A DNA stretch of 64,000 nt from a phage, in the sequence record PZ445429.1, one strand, 5' to 3'. The notes below the pieces were generated by a model. It was not told where the DNA came from, did not search any database, and saw nothing but the letters and a program-made list of their open reading frames with translations. Made by a program: the position numbers and the translations under genes. Below, one piece after another: positions 63,221 to 64,000 of this stretch; position 1 is the stretch's first letter; the number at the start of each line of letters is the position of its first letter.

Positions 63221-63249
63221 TTGCTTTTAGCTTTAAAATTCTGTATAAT
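63221..63249 (+). promoter_or_regulatory. N25-type early promoter
   Basis: TTGCTT, 17 bp, TATAAT then CATAAATTAATGAGAGAGG. Confidence 0.7.
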
Positions 63250-63281
63250 AAGTTCATAAATTAATGAGAGAGGAAATTCTA

Positions 63282-63533
63282 ATGGAAAACATGACTAAAA
63301 CTGAAATGGCTAACGTTCTGGCAATTCTCCTCGATATGCAGGGTTTTGAAGGTCAGCTCATGAAGATGTCTATTCCGGCAATGAAAAAGATGTATGATTC
63401 TCTGAACAAGAATGCTATGGCATTCAACCTTGCGAAACAAGAAGCACGTTTTGCGAAAGAGCATCAGGCAACTGCCGAACGTCGTGCAGCATCTTTTGAG
63501 CGTGAAGTTAAGCAACTGAAAGGTAAGAAATAA
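63282..63533 (+). CDS. hypothetical coiled-coil protein
   Basis: ATG 63282 after GAGAGGAA. Confidence 0.45.
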   Translation: MENMTKTEMANVLAILLDMQGFEGQLMKMSIPAMKKMYDSLNKNAMAFNLAKQEARFAKEHQATAERRAASFEREVKQLKGKK

Positions 63534-63931
63534 TGACTAATGGAAAATTCTTACTTGTACTAGGGCTGAATGCCCTAGTCTCCCTAGCTATCACACTCGG
63601 TGTTAGTGACCTCATGCTTAATCAGCATGAGAAGAAAGAAGCTCTTGAACAAGTGTACATTAGCCCGGAAATCAAAGAACAAGCAAAACGTAATAAAATG
63701 CTCGCAGAAGCAAACCTTGTGCTTAATCAAGCAGAGTTTGATATAGCTCTCTCAAAATATTCCGGTGCTGAAGTAAAAGATGCACACGTTATGAAAGACT
63801 TGGAAGAAATAAAGCATCAAATTGAAGAGGCCAAAAGATTTTGTAAATCAATTGACCAATCTTTAGAAAAAATCACGTTTTATAGAACTATAAGCCCATA
63901 TATTGAATGTGGCAACGGAGTATTTAAATGA
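63533..63931 (+). CDS. hypothetical membrane-anchored protein
   Basis: 132 aa; N-terminal hydrophobic segment. Confidence 0.45.
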   Translation: MTNGKFLLVLGLNALVSLAITLGVSDLMLNQHEKKEALEQVYISPEIKEQAKRNKMLAEANLVLNQAEFDIALSKYSGAEVKDAHVMKDLEEIKHQIEEAKRFCKSIDQSLEKITFYRTISPYIECGNGVFK

Positions 63932-64000
63932 TTACAGAAATTTTAATTGGATTGCTGGTTCTCACGACTTTAGCAGCAATTGGCGGAATCATTGGCATTA
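63928..64000 (+). CDS. membrane protein, 5' fragment (runs off window)
   Basis: ATG 63928; MITEILIGLLVLTTLAAIGGIIGI...; truncated. Confidence 0.35.
   Translation, partial: MITEILIGLLVLTTLAAIGGIIGI

Noticed and set aside
21261-63249. Possible CRISPR-like array suggested by many near-identical ~45-bp units
   Set aside because: The units are irregularly spaced (hundreds to thousands of bp apart), each precedes a gene or tRNA, and each contains -35/-10 promoter hexamers; they are promoters, not repeat-spacer arrays.

Overview
This window reads as the early region of a T5-like siphophage (Tequintavirus-type). Every call below is from hand reading of the sequence and the six-frame track; no tool was run. 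Positions 1-21010 are a minus-strand DNA-replication block: SF2 helicase, 855-aa family-A DNA polymerase, DnaG-like primase, DnaB-like helicase, a two-ORF NAD-dependent DNA ligase, a ~970-aa P-loop protein, a Sir2-family protein and anaerobic ribonucleotide reductase NrdD. Positions 21040-37530 are plus-strand nucleotide-metabolism and early genes (PhoH, NrdA, NrdB, DHFR, thymidylate synthase, RNase H, an HslV-like hydrolase, a SleB-like wall hydrolase, an SPFH protein), with HNH endonucleases inserted at the nrdA/nrdB junction and elsewhere. A convergent minus-strand pair of low-complexity ORFs sits at 37848-39285. A NadR-like/PnuC NAD-salvage pair follows at 39542-41276. Positions 36478-51027 hold about 30 hand-folded tRNA genes interleaved with small ORFs, HNH and T5orf172 endonuclease genes and several ORF-free tRNA-like regions. 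The last part (51211-64000) carries a GrcA-like glycyl-radical protein, a spanin-like pair, a dNMP-kinase-like and a ClpP-like protein, holin and endolysin candidates, a thioredoxin-like protein and two metallophosphoesterases. Nearly every plus-strand transcription unit starts with the same N25-type promoter cassette (TTGCTw, 17 bp, TATAAT, then ATAAATTGATGAGAGG); about 25 plus-strand copies and two minus-strand copies are listed. No CRISPR array or rRNA was seen. The most interesting candidates are the opposite-strand low-complexity pair beside the SPFH gene, the NAD-centred module, and the tRNA-like ORF-free regions. tRNA identities and some start codons are provisional.
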